Assembly: GCA_951406725.2 (NCBI GenBank)
Contig: OX597822.1
Span: 25,730,001-25,794,000 of the forward strand
From: Octopus vulgaris
Taxonomy: Eukaryota
Length of the DNA: 64,000 bases
Direction of reading: 5' to 3'
Shown here: positions 26,437-39,139 of the stretch, in pieces
How the letters are laid out: each line of letters starts with the position of its first letter
Numbering within the stretch: position 1 is the stretch's first letter
Notes under the pieces: generated by a model
Database searches by the model: none
What the model was told of the DNA's origin: nothing
What the model saw: the letters and a program-made list of their open reading frames with translations, nothing else
Program-made: the position numbers and the translations under genes

Positions 26437-27037
26437 GTAAGTAAAACTTAGTTTTACCAACGTATTTGTGCGCTTTTCTATTTTTACTACACTTACAGTA
26501 AAGTGTAATTCATTCTTTATTACATGCACACGCAAGCAAACACACTTATGCACGCACACATTTATCTATCTATTCGTTTGTGCATACGCACACACAGACT
26601 AATAAACACAGTCACGTACGCACACACGTAGTGTGTGTGTATGTATATGTATGTATTTGTATGTAAGGATATGTGTGTGCGTATACATAGCAACACGCCT
26701 ATTCGTTTGTGCATATCTATTCGTTTGTGCATACGCGCACACAGACTAATAGACACAGTCACGCACGCATACATATAGTGTGTGTGTATGTATGTGTGTG
26801 CGTATACATAGCAACACGCCTACTATTGAAAATCCATCCGTCTGTTTCTTTCTCTCTTTCCATTTCTTACAAAGCTCATCTAAAGAATGCAAAAGGACAA
26901 AACAGGAAAAAAAACCCAGATTTTTAAAGCACGCACACCCATGTTCTCTCTCGTTCATCTTCCCCATCCCTCTATTTCATGGAATTCTGGCGCACACAAT
27001 ATGTACGTAAAAAAACACAAAGTTAGCGCATTAACAT

Positions 27038-27078
<41 letters not shown>

Positions 27079-27292
27079 TTGTATGTGTGACCGCGTGTAT
27101 ACTGTTGGAGATTTGTTTCCTCTATCTTCGCTTCTCTGGATCTTTCCTTCTCCTATGTTTCCGACGAAGAGCTCCGCTCAAAACATAAAGCTCTCCTTCT
27201 TCCCTTCCTTCCTGAGCGTCCAATAATACTATATTTGTACCACGTCCTTGCGTTGTTGTGTTTTCTCTTTGTTTTTTCATGTTTGGATTAAC

Positions 27293-27419
<127 letters not shown>

Positions 27420-27511
27420 TTAGAGACAAAACCACTATTATGCAAATCAAACAAAGAAAGACTTAATCCAATACATAAAAAATTTATATAAATTAAATAA
27501 AATTAAATTAT

Positions 27512-27557
27512 CCACTACAATTGTTTCTTGTCACTTCTAAGGACATTCATCAGGTGG
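27512..27557 (-). ncRNA. Minimal type I hammerhead ribozyme in an AT-rich PLE-type repeat
   Basis: Reverse complement CCAC-CTGATGA-ATGTC...GACAA-GAAA-CAATTG-TA-GTGG; same family as 63952-63994. Confidence 0.85.
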
Positions 27558-27898
27558 TTTTCAGACCTAAAAATAATCAATATTTTTAAGATATAAATTT
27601 GAAATGACTAAAAAATATAAATAATATAAATTTATCAATGAAAAAATATATACATAAACTATATATAATCTATATATAATCAAGAAATAAAATAACCTCT
27701 ATAAACAATTGAATATAATGAAAACTAGTATTTAAGTTCTCATATTTAAAGATGAAAAATCTAATTTCAAATTGTTTTTTGAAGTGACAAGAAACAATTG
27801 TAGTGGATAACTTAATTTTATTTAATTTATATAAATTTTTAATGTATTGGATTAAGTCTTTCTTTGTTTGATTTGCATAATAGTGGTTTTGTCTCTAA

Positions 27899-27973
<75 letters not shown>

Positions 27974-27989
27974 TGGTTAGGATTTCTTC

Positions 27990-28830
27990 GTTGAAGTGAA
28001 TTCTTGGGGTGTTTAATTATGTTGTTTCTTCGTTGAAGGGTAAAGGGGGTCTCTTGTATATTTCTAGATGCTGGGTAGAAAAAATGATCACTCCTTACTC
28101 TAGGCTGGTTTCTTCTAGTATTTCTTATAGAATGAGTAGTTCCTGTTATTAGATAGAGAATGGCTTACTTCTAGGCGTTGGGTTACTTTACTGTGTTTGT
28201 GTTCTTTTGGATTTTGATTGTTTGATCTAGGTGGATGTGTATTTATTTGTGTAGATGCATTTGTTGTAGATTTTTTTATGAAGGGGTTATCTGAAGTGTA
28301 GTCTCTTTTGAATTGAGTTTCATAATTGAGGAAGAAGTTAATACTGTTTCCCCATCGTCGCAGGGAGTTTATTTCTTCCGTCTCACAGTTGTCATTCCAT
28401 AATTTTAAAATACTTCCAAAAGTTGTCCCTCAGCATGTTTGGTGAGTTCGGAGTGCATTTCCTCATCGATCTTTTTGTATTTTTGTTCGTTACTCGAAGC
28501 TCTGAGTTTGATTAACTCAATTTCTATTTAAAATTTTTCTAATGCTAATTTCTCCCTAAGTTTTCTTTGCTGTTCTGGTTCTTCTGGGATTGGTTTAATT
28601 TGAAATTTGCGTGGTAGGATTAACGGTGTTGAGTTACACCATTTTTCGTAAATTTCTGCTTTATTGTTATTTTTTATTATATTCCAAAATGAAAATTTCC
28701 TTGTGTTGAGATTTTTAGACCAAATATGGTTAACCCGACTTTTAATTAAATGTGTTGATGATTCTTTTTCAAAATTATTTGTCAAAAATGAATGCAGTGT
28801 CGTGCATAGTCTGTTCAAATTTTGACTAAC
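27990..28830 (-). pseudogene. Degraded ORF of unknown function, probably transposon-derived (PLE-associated)
   Basis: Protein-like 96-aa ORF (…AEIYEKW…LILPRKFQIKPIPEEPEQQ…) continuing through frameshifts; lies upstream of the 27512 hammerhead on the same strand. Confidence 0.4.
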
Positions 28831-28929
28831 CTGTTCATTGTCTTCTTTGTTCCAATTCCGTTTCTTCTCGGGTACGGTAATTTAGCACATCTATTTTGTT
28901 AGTTAGAATAACTAAATTTGAGTTAATTT

Positions 28930-29039
<110 letters not shown>

Positions 29040-29121
29040 CTTTGATACTTTGATAGGTTTCGGCCATTATTGGCCCAGGCCATGTCTAACTTAATAGCAC
29101 CACCTGGTGAAGTCTTTCAAG

Positions 29122-32100
29122 TCAGAATTTGGGCACTATGGCCCACTCAAGTAGAGAGTTATTGTTTACAGAGACATATCCGGGTGTAGGGGGTTTATCC
29201 GGGATTTCTTGAAGGAATCTGTCCAAAGACTTCTTGAACCCTATAGGGTCAGTTTCTGTTTTAATGTGTTTTAGTGTAATGTTAAAGAGAGCGGGGCCAA
29301 TTGAGGTGAAATAATTGTGCCGTATTGTTGTTATGAGATGAGAGTGCGATTTTTGTTTTGGGCGGATGGCACGGGGCCCAAGCCTTGGATGTACCTTAAA
29401 GGTGATGCCAACATCATTTGGGCAATGCTGATGGAATATTTTCCACATCATGCAGATGATGTAGCGCTCACGACGACGTTGGAGAGAATAAAGTTTTAGC
29501 TTTTCTAGTCGACCCCAATAGTCGAGGCCTGTCATGCCATCTATCTTTTTTGTGATTGCCCTTTGAGGTGCTTCAACTTTTATGATACCTTGTATTGTGT
29601 GGGGAGACCACAGTGGACAACAGTATTCAAGGTGGGGTCGGGCAAAAGTGGAGAAGAGAAGGATAATGGTGTGGATATCTCTCGACTGGAAAGTTCTGAG
29701 AATCCAGGAACACATTCTGCGGGCCATGTCAACTTTGGTGTTTATATGAGTGGCCCAGCTTATGTTGTTGTCCACAATTACTCCCAAGTCTCTGATGTTG
29801 TTGGACGCCGCGAGAGTTTCACCTGAAGGAAGGGAGTATGGGAGTTTCAGGGCATCCTCTTTTCCAAAGTGGATTAACTCAAATTTATCCTCGTTCAGCA
29901 GCATATTGTTTTTTTCTGCCCATTGGATAACAGCCAGTAGATCTGACTGAAGGCATGTCCGGTCACTCGCCTCATTTATGACCTTCTGTAGCTTGGAATC
30001 ATCTGCAAAGATTTTTATGTTGCTGTGCTTGATGATGTCATTAATGTCATTAATGTAAATGATGAAAAGAAGTGGGCCCAGCACAGTGCCTTGCGGAACG
30101 CCACTACTGACTTTGGCTGGGCTTGATTTTACCCCTTCAACTACAACATGTTGAGATCTGTCTGTCAGGAAACACTTGATCCATTTCAGTAACTTTCCAG
30201 AGACACCAATGTTGGATAGGTTTTTCAATAGGATCTTGTGATCGACCCTGTCGAAGGCCTTACTGAAATCAAGGTAGATGACATCGGTGTTGAAGCCCTC
30301 TCCCAAAGCTCTCAAAATGTCATCAAAGTGATGCAGGAGCTGCGTTAGGCAGTCCCTTCCATTACGGAACCCATGTTGGTTAGAGATCAGCCGTCTGTTG
30401 CTTTCCAGAAATTGGGTTATTCGAGATCTCACCACCCTCTCAAATACCTTGATGATATGAGAGGTGAGTGAGATCGGACGGTAGTTCACTGCAAGGGACT
30501 TGTTTCCCTTTTTGAAAACTGGGACAACAGACTGGGACAGAAGGTTTTTTGGAATATAGCCAGCATCCAGTGAGTTTCTCCACAGATTAGCAAGGGGAGA
30601 TGCAAGTTGGTGTCGACACACCTTCAGGACACAAGCAGGGAACCTATCGGGGCCTACTGCTGAATTGTGTTTTATTTCGTTTATCGCCGCTAAGACATCA
30701 GGGGCACTAAACGTTATGTCCGATATAGTGTGTTGGGGGTTGACATCACTGATACAGCCCAGATCGGCCATATCAGGATTGCTGAAAACAGAGCAGTATT
30801 GTTTCTGCAGTATCTCGGCCATGGATTTGGCATTATCTTGGAGAGTGCCAGTTTCGTCAATTAGGGGGCCAACAATGGAGACAGTGACCCTGCGTTTCCT
30901 CGCAAATGAAAAGAACACTTTGGGGTTGAGTTTGATTTTTTCAATGGCCCACTTCTCCTCAGCTGATCTTTGGTTATTGATGAGGGTCTTCATGCATTGT
31001 TGGAGGTTATATTTTTTGGATTCAAGCAGTGCGATAGCCGTCGAATGTGTGTGTTGCTGTTGGCAGTACTTTAGTTTGTTAATTTTTTTGTTTGTTCTTT
31101 TTATTTTTCTGATAATGGTTTTTCTGTTTTGGGGGATTCTGCACTTTTTGTTCACAGGTCTTGGTGGGGAGTGTTTTGCACATATGTCTGTGACGGTGTC
31201 TACAAAGATCTGCCAAGATGTTTTATGGTTGGTGGAGATGTGTGTATGTGTAAAGGACCAGTCAACATGTGATAGCTCGTTCCTGATTGCATCCCAGTTG
31301 GCATTATGGAGATCCATGTTGTCAAATGGGTGGGCTGGAGGGAGGTCACTAGGATTAGCTTTCGGCTGGTGGAATTTCATGTTACAGAGAACCATGTCAT
31401 GGTCTGAAAGAAGGGTTTTTTCCACTGTAACGTTATGTATGGTGTTAGTGTGGTTACTAAACACTAGGTCCAAAATGTTCTTCTGATGTCTTGTTGGTGC
31501 AAGGACAAGTTGGGACAAGAAAAACTCATTCGTAAAGTCGAAAAGTGACTCTGCTGCTTCTTTGTCAGCGGTTGAGGCGGGAATGCTTGATTTCAAACAG
31601 TTTATAGTCCAGGCAACACAGGGTAGATTGAAGTCTCCCATCATGAGTAGGTTACTAGAATGGCACTGTTGAATAAAGCACTTAATGCTGTTGAGGCATT
31701 CTTTAAAGCACAGTATGGGTGTTTGGGGCGGCCTATAGAGCCCAATTACTGTCAGGTCATTGGCTTTGTTGTGCACGGTAACTGATTCACAGTAGCCGTT
31801 GGAGAATATACTATTTCCATCTGCCGTAAATGAATCATGCAGGAAAATGGCAGTTCCACCCTTCCTCCTGCCGATACGATCCGCGCGGATGGTTGTGAAA
31901 TTCTTCACTCTCACTTCGGCTTCCAAGTGGGAGTTGTCAAGGTGTGTCTCAGTGAGAATGAAGAAAGGGATGTGGTGTGAATGGTTACCAACCCAGTCTT
32001 CAATGAATTGGACCTTCCATTTTTGTGCATTGATGGAAGGGCTGACACCTTGTGCATTGAGTAGAAATGTGGAGGTTAGTGTAGTGGCTGGTTTTGACTG

Positions 32101-32364
32101 TTGCAGGGGGCTTGGATTTTTTGTGTGTGTTAGTGGCAGCAATGTGGGGAATTGGTGCACTGTGGTAATAGCATAGGATGGTGTTGAGTGATGGCTAGAA
32201 TGTTTTTGTGTATCTCTTTTGCCATGTTCAACATGGCTAAAAAGAATTTTCCTGCTTAGGGAGCAGTTTTTGGCTGGAGGTGTGGTTGCACTGTTGGATA
32301 GGGTTGTAGTTTCCACTTTTGTTGTTGTTGTTTTTGTGTCTTCCTGAAAAGACTGGACCAGCAT
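29122..32364 (-). CDS. CR1-group LINE ORF2 (APE endonuclease plus reverse transcriptase), uninterrupted 1080 aa
   Basis: APE motifs NAQG, TETHL, YRPP, GDFN, LDL, SDH; RT motifs QHGFR, YLDFSKAFD, GVPQGTVLGP, FADD; C-terminal YSLQRRRERY; 3' UTR and (TATCAAAG)n tail to about 29037. Confidence 0.95.
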   Translation of the reverse strand: MLVQSFQEDTKTTTTKVETTTLSNSATTPPAKNCSLSRKILFSHVEHGKRDTQKHSSHHSTPSYAITTVHQFPTLLPLTHTKNPSPLQQSKPATTLTSTFLLNAQGVSPSINAQKWKVQFIEDWVGNHSHHIPFFILTETHLDNSHLEAEVRVKNFTTIRADRIGRRKGGTAIFLHDSFTADGNSIFSNGYCESVTVHNKANDLTVIGLYRPPQTPILCFKECLNSIKCFIQQCHSSNLLMMGDFNLPCVAWTINCLKSSIPASTADKEAAESLFDFTNEFFLSQLVLAPTRHQKNILDLVFSNHTNTIHNVTVEKTLLSDHDMVLCNMKFHQPKANPSDLPPAHPFDNMDLHNANWDAIRNELSHVDWSFTHTHISTNHKTSWQIFVDTVTDICAKHSPPRPVNKKCRIPQNRKTIIRKIKRTNKKINKLKYCQQQHTHSTAIALLESKKYNLQQCMKTLINNQRSAEEKWAIEKIKLNPKVFFSFARKRRVTVSIVGPLIDETGTLQDNAKSMAEILQKQYCSVFSNPDMADLGCISDVNPQHTISDITFSAPDVLAAINEIKHNSAVGPDRFPACVLKVCRHQLASPLANLWRNSLDAGYIPKNLLSQSVVPVFKKGNKSLAVNYRPISLTSHIIKVFERVVRSRITQFLESNRRLISNQHGFRNGRDCLTQLLHHFDDILRALGEGFNTDVIYLDFSKAFDRVDHKILLKNLSNIGVSGKLLKWIKCFLTDRSQHVVVEGVKSSPAKVSSGVPQGTVLGPLLFIIYINDINDIIKHSNIKIFADDSKLQKVINEASDRTCLQSDLLAVIQWAEKNNMLLNEDKFELIHFGKEDALKLPYSLPSGETLAASNNIRDLGVIVDNNISWATHINTKVDMARRMCSWILRTFQSRDIHTIILLFSTFARPHLEYCCPLWSPHTIQGIIKVEAPQRAITKKIDGMTGLDYWGRLEKLKLYSLQRRRERYIICMMWKIFHQHCPNDVGITFKVHPRLGPRAIRPKQKSHSHLITTIRHNYFTSIGPALFNITLKHIKTETDPIGFKKSLDRFLQEIPDKPPTPGYVSVNNNSLLEWAIVPKF

Positions 32365-33020
32365 TACTGCAGCATGGTGTGTTTCTATTTTTATTTTTAT
32401 TTTTATTCAGGTTTGTGTGTTGGCTTGAAGCCCCGTTTCTGTTTGTGCGTCGGGTCCCTGGAAGATGAGTGAAGGGACAGTCACTCAGCAGACATGTTCT
32501 CTCACGTTGGGAATACCGGCAGATTTTGGGACTCCGAGTTGTGTGTGTTTTGAATTTCGATTTACTATTTGGTGGTGTTGATGTTATTGTGGGATGCGTG
32601 CTTTGGCCTTGGCCGGTAGTGCGTCTAGTGCGTGAAGATGCAGTCACTATTTGTGCAGAGTCTCTGGCGCAGTGAATAGCGGCATATTTTGGGATTTCTT
32701 GTTTGTGCCGTGGGGGGCGCATTCTACTTCCTATGTTTCTTTAAGTTTTTGTTACTGCAGTAGTATTGAGGTGGTGATGTGGGGGAAGAGGGCAGTGGTT
32801 TCTTATTTGGTTTTTTGTTGGTATTTTTGGTGATAGAAGACGATGGTGGCAGCGGTGGTGATGATGATGATGATAATTGTGGTGGTTGCCGTGAGAGCGG
32901 TGAAAAGATACTGGCATTTAGTGAATCATCTAGTATGCTAGAGTTGAGGAGTGGCTGTTGTTGTTCTTGTTGCTGTGGCTGTTGTTGTTGTTGTGCTTGA
33001 CCGATGTTAGGGTCAGCCAT
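32237..33020 (-). CDS. CR1-group LINE ORF1 region (polyQ/P/S low complexity plus CCCH-type finger), split between two frames
   Basis: ORFs 32724-33020 and 32237-32722 (CRYSQRERTCLLSDCPFTH) directly upstream of and overlapping ORF2. Confidence 0.65.
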
Positions 33021-33894
33021 TGTGCTGGGAACCAGGAGTGGCTCATTCTGTTGTTGTTGTTGTTGTGGCTGCTGATTTTCTAGCTGTTGCTGTTCTTGAA
33101 CTGTGAAAATATACAGAAGCTTTTCAAAATGGCCTTCTGTCAGTTTGAAAGATACGTGTATGCGTGCGTGACTGTTTGAAAGTTAGCGCATTAACATTAT
33201 ATATATATATATATAGTTAATCCAAACAAGAAAACACAAAAAAAAACACAACAACGCGAGGACGTGGAACAAATAAAGTATTATTGGACACTCAGATATA
33301 TATATATATGTGTGTGTGTGTGACCGCGTGTGTACCGTTGGCGATTTTTTTTCCTCTGTCTTCCCTTCTCTGGATCTTTCCTTTTCCTATGTTTCCAACG
33401 AAGAGCTCCGCTCAAAACGTTAAACCCTCCTTCTTCCCTTCCTCCCTGAGCGTCCAATAATACTATATTTGTCCCACGTCCACGCGTTGTTGTGTGTTCT
33501 CTTTGTGTTTTCATGTTTGGATTAACTATATATATATATATATATATATATAGATCAATAAATGGTAGGGTTGTGTTGACCGCACATGGAGAAATGATAA
33601 GCAAGGAAAAATTGTAAAAATGTAGAATGCTAACTTGAAAGAAAATTTTAATGCAAATGGGTGTATGGAAAAAGTTTTTGAAAAATTGATAAAATATATA
33701 AATATATATTAATTCAAACCGGTTTTCGTCATTATGTAACTTTTCAAGAATTGAATTATTCTCTCCCCAATATTCTCTCCCCAATATTCTCTCCCTTTCA
33801 TCTCCTCCATCCCTCAATTTCTACCACCCAATGGGACGGAACCTAAAACATGTGCTGGGAATCACACTTACACACCTCCACGTCTGCGTCTATG

Positions 33895-33962
<68 letters not shown>

Positions 33963-33977
33963 CCTATTTAAATATAC

Positions 33978-34120
33978 TACGGGCTTTTTTCAGTTTCTGT
34001 CAAGACCTTTGTCGGCCCAAGTCTATAGCTGAAGACACTAGCCCAAGGTGCCACGCAGTGGGACAGAACCCTGAAACATGTGGTTGGGAAGTAAGTTTCG
34101 TACCACTCATCCACGTCTGC
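33978..34120 (-). mobile_element. Common SINE family (related copies at about 25855-25970(-) and 50735-50880(+))
   Basis: Reverse complement CTTCCCAACCACATG...TTCTGTCCCACTGCGTGGCACCTTGGGC...GTGTCTTC is shared among three loci. Confidence 0.7.
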
Positions 34121-34519
34121 GACTGTGTGTGTGTGTGTGTGTGTGTTTGTGTGTGTATGTGTGTGTGTGTTTGTGTGTGCGTGTGTGTGTATGTGCGTGC
34201 GTGTGTCTATGTGTGTACACTGATGGATTCGAGGGTTTCGTTTAATTAAAAGTTGATTTCTTAATTTCCTCGGAGTATAAATACCTATAATAGCCATACT
34301 TAAAAAGAAACAAATTAATTCAGTTCAATTAAGAAGCATGAGTAAACAACATATTGTAAGCCACATTATAAATTGCGAAAATGTTTATTTGCGCCCTGCC
34401 GATGTCATTTTTTTTTTTCATTGTTTCATTTAAAAAATATGTTATTACCTCTCTTAGACTTCAGATGTTTTCATTTCAAACTATTTTCTAGGGCTTCGAA
34501 ACTACTACCGTAGCCCTCC

Positions 34520-35488
34520 AAAATATTGCAGTTTTTGTATACCTCTTTTATTTTTAAAAATTTAGGATGAACAAAGTTCTTTTTAAATCGACAATATATT
34601 GTCCTTCATTTTCTATAATGCCCTTCCATCTAGCTGGTAGACTTGTAAAGCCCCTCTTCTAAAATTCGCTTGTCCGTGACCAAAACTACACCTCCAATAC
34701 TATTCTGACCTCCTCTACAGAATTCATATTTTTTCCGTCCAAATGAATTTGAAGACTGCGGAATAGATGATAATTAGATGATAAATAGATGATAATTAGA
34801 TGATAATTGGATGATAATTAGATGGGGCAATGTCCGGCGAATGTGGTGGGTGGGGCAGCGTTTCCCATTGAAACTGCTTCAACTTTTGGATTGTCATACT
34901 CGCGGTATGTGGCTGAGCATTATCCTGATGGAAGAACACCTTTTGTCTTGAAACCATCTGGTTTCAAGACGAAAAAAGATGGTTTCAAGATGAAAAAAGA
35001 TGGTCGATTCCTTCTTGAGTTGACTTGAATGACTAGTTAAATGATCAAATCCAAGGTTCTCCACCAGTTTCTCAACAGTTACGACGGGATTTTGTTCCAC
35101 CAGGATTTGAAAGATGTCCTCGATGAGGCTCATCTTCTAGGCTGTAGTTTCCGGTTCAGAATTTTTGGAACCACCGTTGACAATGGCTTACGCTTATTGT
35201 CTGATCCCCATATACTGCATTAATATTCTTAGCACTTTCCGTTGCTTTGTTGCCTTTATTGAACTCAAAAAGCAAAATATGCCTACTATGCTTCTTTGGC
35301 ACTTCCATTATTGCTTTGAAAAAATAACTGTTAAAATCGAACTGCACTCATCAAAACTTCCACTAAGAATAAGGACAAGGTAAAATTACTGCCTGCTTTT
35401 ATAACAAGTTGATGCAGGTAGTTTATCACGTCCGACTTTTAGTTCATGCAATTGAAAAAACTGCATTATTTATGAGATGAATCAATAT
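34520..35488 (-). mobile_element. Internally deleted mariner (Hsmar/cecropia-like) remnant
   Basis: HILLFEFNKGNKATESAKNINAVYG...CQRWFQKF; HPTTFAGHCPI/YYLFRSLQ; degenerate TIRs (AAATAATGCAGTTTTT). Confidence 0.8.
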
Positions 35489-35490
35489 AT

Positions 35491-35526
<36 letters not shown>

Positions 35527-35814
35527 ATCAAATATTAAAAAAAATCTATTTCAAATCTTTGTTAGAGTATCCGCATAAGGGAAGTCAAGACCGGTTAGTT
35601 TGTCGAAGAAATTGACCCCTGGACTTATTCCCTGCAAGCCTGGTTCTTATTCTATCAGTGTTTCGCTGAACAGCTAAGTTACAGGCACACAAACACACTA
35701 ACATCGGTTCTCAAGCTATGGTGGTGGTGGTGGTGGGACAAACACAGACACAAACACACACACATATATATATATATACATATATACATACATATGTATA
35801 TATATATATATATA

Positions 35815-38340
35815 ACTTAGAATAACTTAGAAAGGTTTTGGCCAGTATTGGCCCAGGCCATGTCTGACTTAACAGCACCACCTGGCGAAGTCTTTCAATT
35901 AAGGATTTGGGCACCAAGGCCCATTCGAGCAGAGAGTTATTGTTTGCGGTGATATATCCGGGTGTGGGTGGTTTGTCCAGGACTGTTTGAAGGAATTTGT
36001 CCAAAGACTTCTTGAATTTTGTGTTGTCAGTTTCTTTTTTGACGTGTCCTGGTGTAATGTTGAAGAGAGCGGGTCCAATTGAGGTGAAATAATTGTGCCG
36101 TATTGTCGTTATGTGATGCAATTTAGATTTTTGTTGTGGACGGATGGCACGAGGTCCAAGCCTTGGATGTATTTTGAAGGTGATGCCAACATCATTCGGA
36201 CAGTGCTGATGGAATATTTTCCATATCATACAGATAATGTAGCGTTCACGGCGTCGTTGGAGTGAATACAGTTTCAGCTCCTCTAATCTACCCCAGTAGT
36301 CGAGGTCTGACATGCTATCTATCTTTTTTGTGATTGACCTTTGGGGAGCTTCAATTCTCATAATATTTTGTTTTGTGTAGGGAGACCACAGTGGACAGCA
36401 GTGGGGTCGGGCAAAAGTGGAGAAGAGAAGGATAATGGTGTGGGAATCTCTCGACTGGAAGGTTCTGAGAATCCAGGAACACATTCTGCGGGCCATGTCA
36501 ACTTTGCTGCTTATATGTGTAGCCCAGCTTATGTTGTTGTCCACTGTTACTCCCAAGTCTCTGATGTTGTTAGACGCAATGAGAATTTCTCCAGAAGGAA
36601 GGGAGTATGGGAGTTTCAGAGCGTCCTCCCTTCCAAAGTGGATCAGTTCGAATTTGTCTTCGTTTAGCAACATGTTGTTCTTTTCCGCCCATTAGACAAC
36701 AGTCAGTAGGTCTGACTGAAGGCTTATTCGGTCATCCACGCCATTGATGACCTTCTGGAGCTTGGAACCATCAGTGAAGGTTCTGATGTTACTGTGTTTG
36801 ATGGCGTCAGTAATATCATTTATGTAGATGATGAAAAGAAGTGGGCCCAACACAGTGCCTTGTGGGACACCACTGCTGACTTTGGCTGGGCTGGATTTGA
36901 CTCCTTCGACTACAACATGTTGGGTTCTGTTAGACAGGAAGCACTTGATCCACTGCAGCAGCTTTCCAGTGACACCAATATTGGACAGTTTTCTCAAAAG
37001 GATCTTATGATCAACCCTGTCAAAGACCTTGCTGAAATCAAGGTAGATGACATCAGTGTTGGAACCCTCTCCCAAGGCTCTCAAAATGTCATCAAAATGA
37101 TGCAGTAGCTGCGTCAGGCAATCTCTTCCATTACGGAATCCATGCTGGTTGGAATTCAGCATATTATGACTCTCAAGGAAGTGAGTTATACGCGATCTCA
37201 GCACTCTCTCAAATACCTTAATGATGTGAGAGGTGAGTGAGATTGGACGGTAATTCACGGCAAGCGATTTGTTTCCTTTTTTGAAAACTGGGACAACAGA
37301 CTGGGATAGAAGGTCTTCTGGTATATATCCAGCATCCAGTGAGTTCCGCCACAGATTGGCTAGAGGGGGTGCAAGTTGGTGTTGACACATCTTCAAGACA
37401 CAAGCAGGGAACCTATCGGGACCTACTGCTGAATTATGCTTCATTTCTTTTATTGCTGCTAAGACATCAGGAGCGCCAAAGGTTATGTCCGATAAAGTGT
37501 ATTGGGGAGTAACATCACTGATACAGCCAAGATCAGTCAAATCAGGATTGCTGAAAACAGAGCAATATTGTTTCTGCAATATCTCTCCCATGGTTTTGGC
37601 ATTGTTTTGGAGAGTACCATTTTCATCAATCAGAGGGCCAACAGTAGATCCAGTGACTCTGTGTTTTTTTTTCAAATGAAAAGAACAGTTTGGGATTGAG
37701 TTTGATCTTCTCAATGGCCCAGGCCTCCTCAGCTCTTCTCTGACTATTGATGATAGACATCATGTTGTTTTGGAGTTTATGTTTTTTAATCTCTAGTGAC
37801 GAGATGGCAGTCAGGTTGGTGTGTTGCTGTTGACAGTATTTCAGCTTGTTGAATTTTTGTTAATTCTTTTAATTTTCCTGATGAGAGATTTTCTATTTCT
37901 AGGGATTCGACACTTAGATTTGTTTGCAGATCTTAATGGGGTGTGTTTTGCACATATGTTCGTAATGGTTTCTACAAATGACTGCCAGGACATTTGATGT
38001 TTTTGATGTTAGTGGGTGTGTATGTGTGCGTGAAGGACCAATCGACTTGTGCAAGATCATTATTGATCGCTTCCCTGTTTGCATTGTGGAAATCCATAGT
38101 GTCAAATGGATAAACAGGAGGGATGACATTTGTTTTGTAATTTTGACCGTTGAAATCTCAGATCACAGAGAACCATGTCATGATTAGAGAGTAGGGTTTT
38201 CTCCACTGCAATATTGTGGATAGCATCAGTGTGATTGCTGAAAATTAAGTCTAAGACGTTTTTGTGACTATCTCGTTGGTTCGAGCACCAGTTGGCACAG
38301 GAAGAAATCATCCATGAAGTCAAGAAGCGATTCCACTGCC
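35815..38340 (-). mobile_element. Second, degraded 5'-truncated copy of the CR1-group LINE
   Basis: ORFs 35711-36673 and 36692-37714 closely match 29122-32364 but carry stops and frameshifts; FADD has changed to FTDG. Confidence 0.92.
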
Positions 38341-38346
38341 TCCCTG

Positions 38347-39110
38347 TCAGCGGAGGTGGTACTTCAGTAGCGTGGCTTCAGTGCTGGGGATCTCGGCCCG
38401 CACCAAGACCTTAATGTTTGTGACGAAGTCACTCCAGTGAATGTTGAGGATGGTGCGGAGGCATCCCTGGTGGAAGCGCTCGAGGAGACGGATGTAACTA
38501 CGGTAAGTGATCCAGGTCTCTGAGCCGTAGAGAAGAGTGGTGAGAACCACGGCCCTGTAGACACTGATCTTTGTTTTGTTCCTCAGGCCACCATTGTGCC
38601 AAACACGTTCGTACAATCTGCCAAAGGAGCTATTTGCCTTAGAAAGTCTAATGTTAATTTCCTAGTCGATTCTTGCATCGGATGAGATGATGCAGCCCAG
38701 GTATGTAAACTGCTGTATTGATTTCAGTTCGATACCGCAGATAGTGATTTGAGGTGGGCGATATTCTCACCGGCCACCGACTGAGAGGAGCTCCGAGGAA
38801 GCGCTACAAAGACTGCCTCAAGAAGTCTCTAACAGCATGTCAAATTAACCACCAATGCTGGTCAGACCTGGCTGCGGACCGTGATGTCTGGCGCCACACG
38901 ATCTTCAACGCAGTCAGCAAGTTTGAGGAACAAAGAAGAGACACAGGAGGAAGTCGCTGGCCGCCTCTGACACAACACCGGATGTTACCTTCGTCTGTGG
39001 ACACTGCTCACAGACCTGCCTTTCCCATATCGGACTTGTCAGTCATGAGAGTCTATGCACGCGACATGGACAGCCTTCCTGATCTTCGTTCGCGAAGCCG
39101 AACCATGCTG
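38347..39110. mobile_element. RTE-clade LINE 3' end with inverted 5' segment
   Basis: 38347-38760(-) TKISVYRAVVLTTLLYGSETW...; about 38765-39110(+) RGAPRKRYKDCLK...WR plus C2H2-like CGHC...HIGLVSH. Confidence 0.85.
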
Positions 39111-39139
39111 ATATATATATATATATATATATATATAGA

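Noticed and set aside
26562-26830. Repeat-spacer-like pattern (TCTATTCGTTTGTGCATA repeats), and a 10-bp GATAATTAGA array at 34768-34822
   Set aside because: These are simple tandem duplications in eukaryotic DNA with no unique spacers or cas genes, so not CRISPR.
30665-32176. Long + strand ORFs (273 and 125 aa)
   Set aside because: Antisense shadows of the LINE ORF2.
34483-34540. Possible extra exon after TTTTCTAG (GFETTTVALQNIA)
   Set aside because: There is no good donor site and it overlaps the degenerate mariner TIR.
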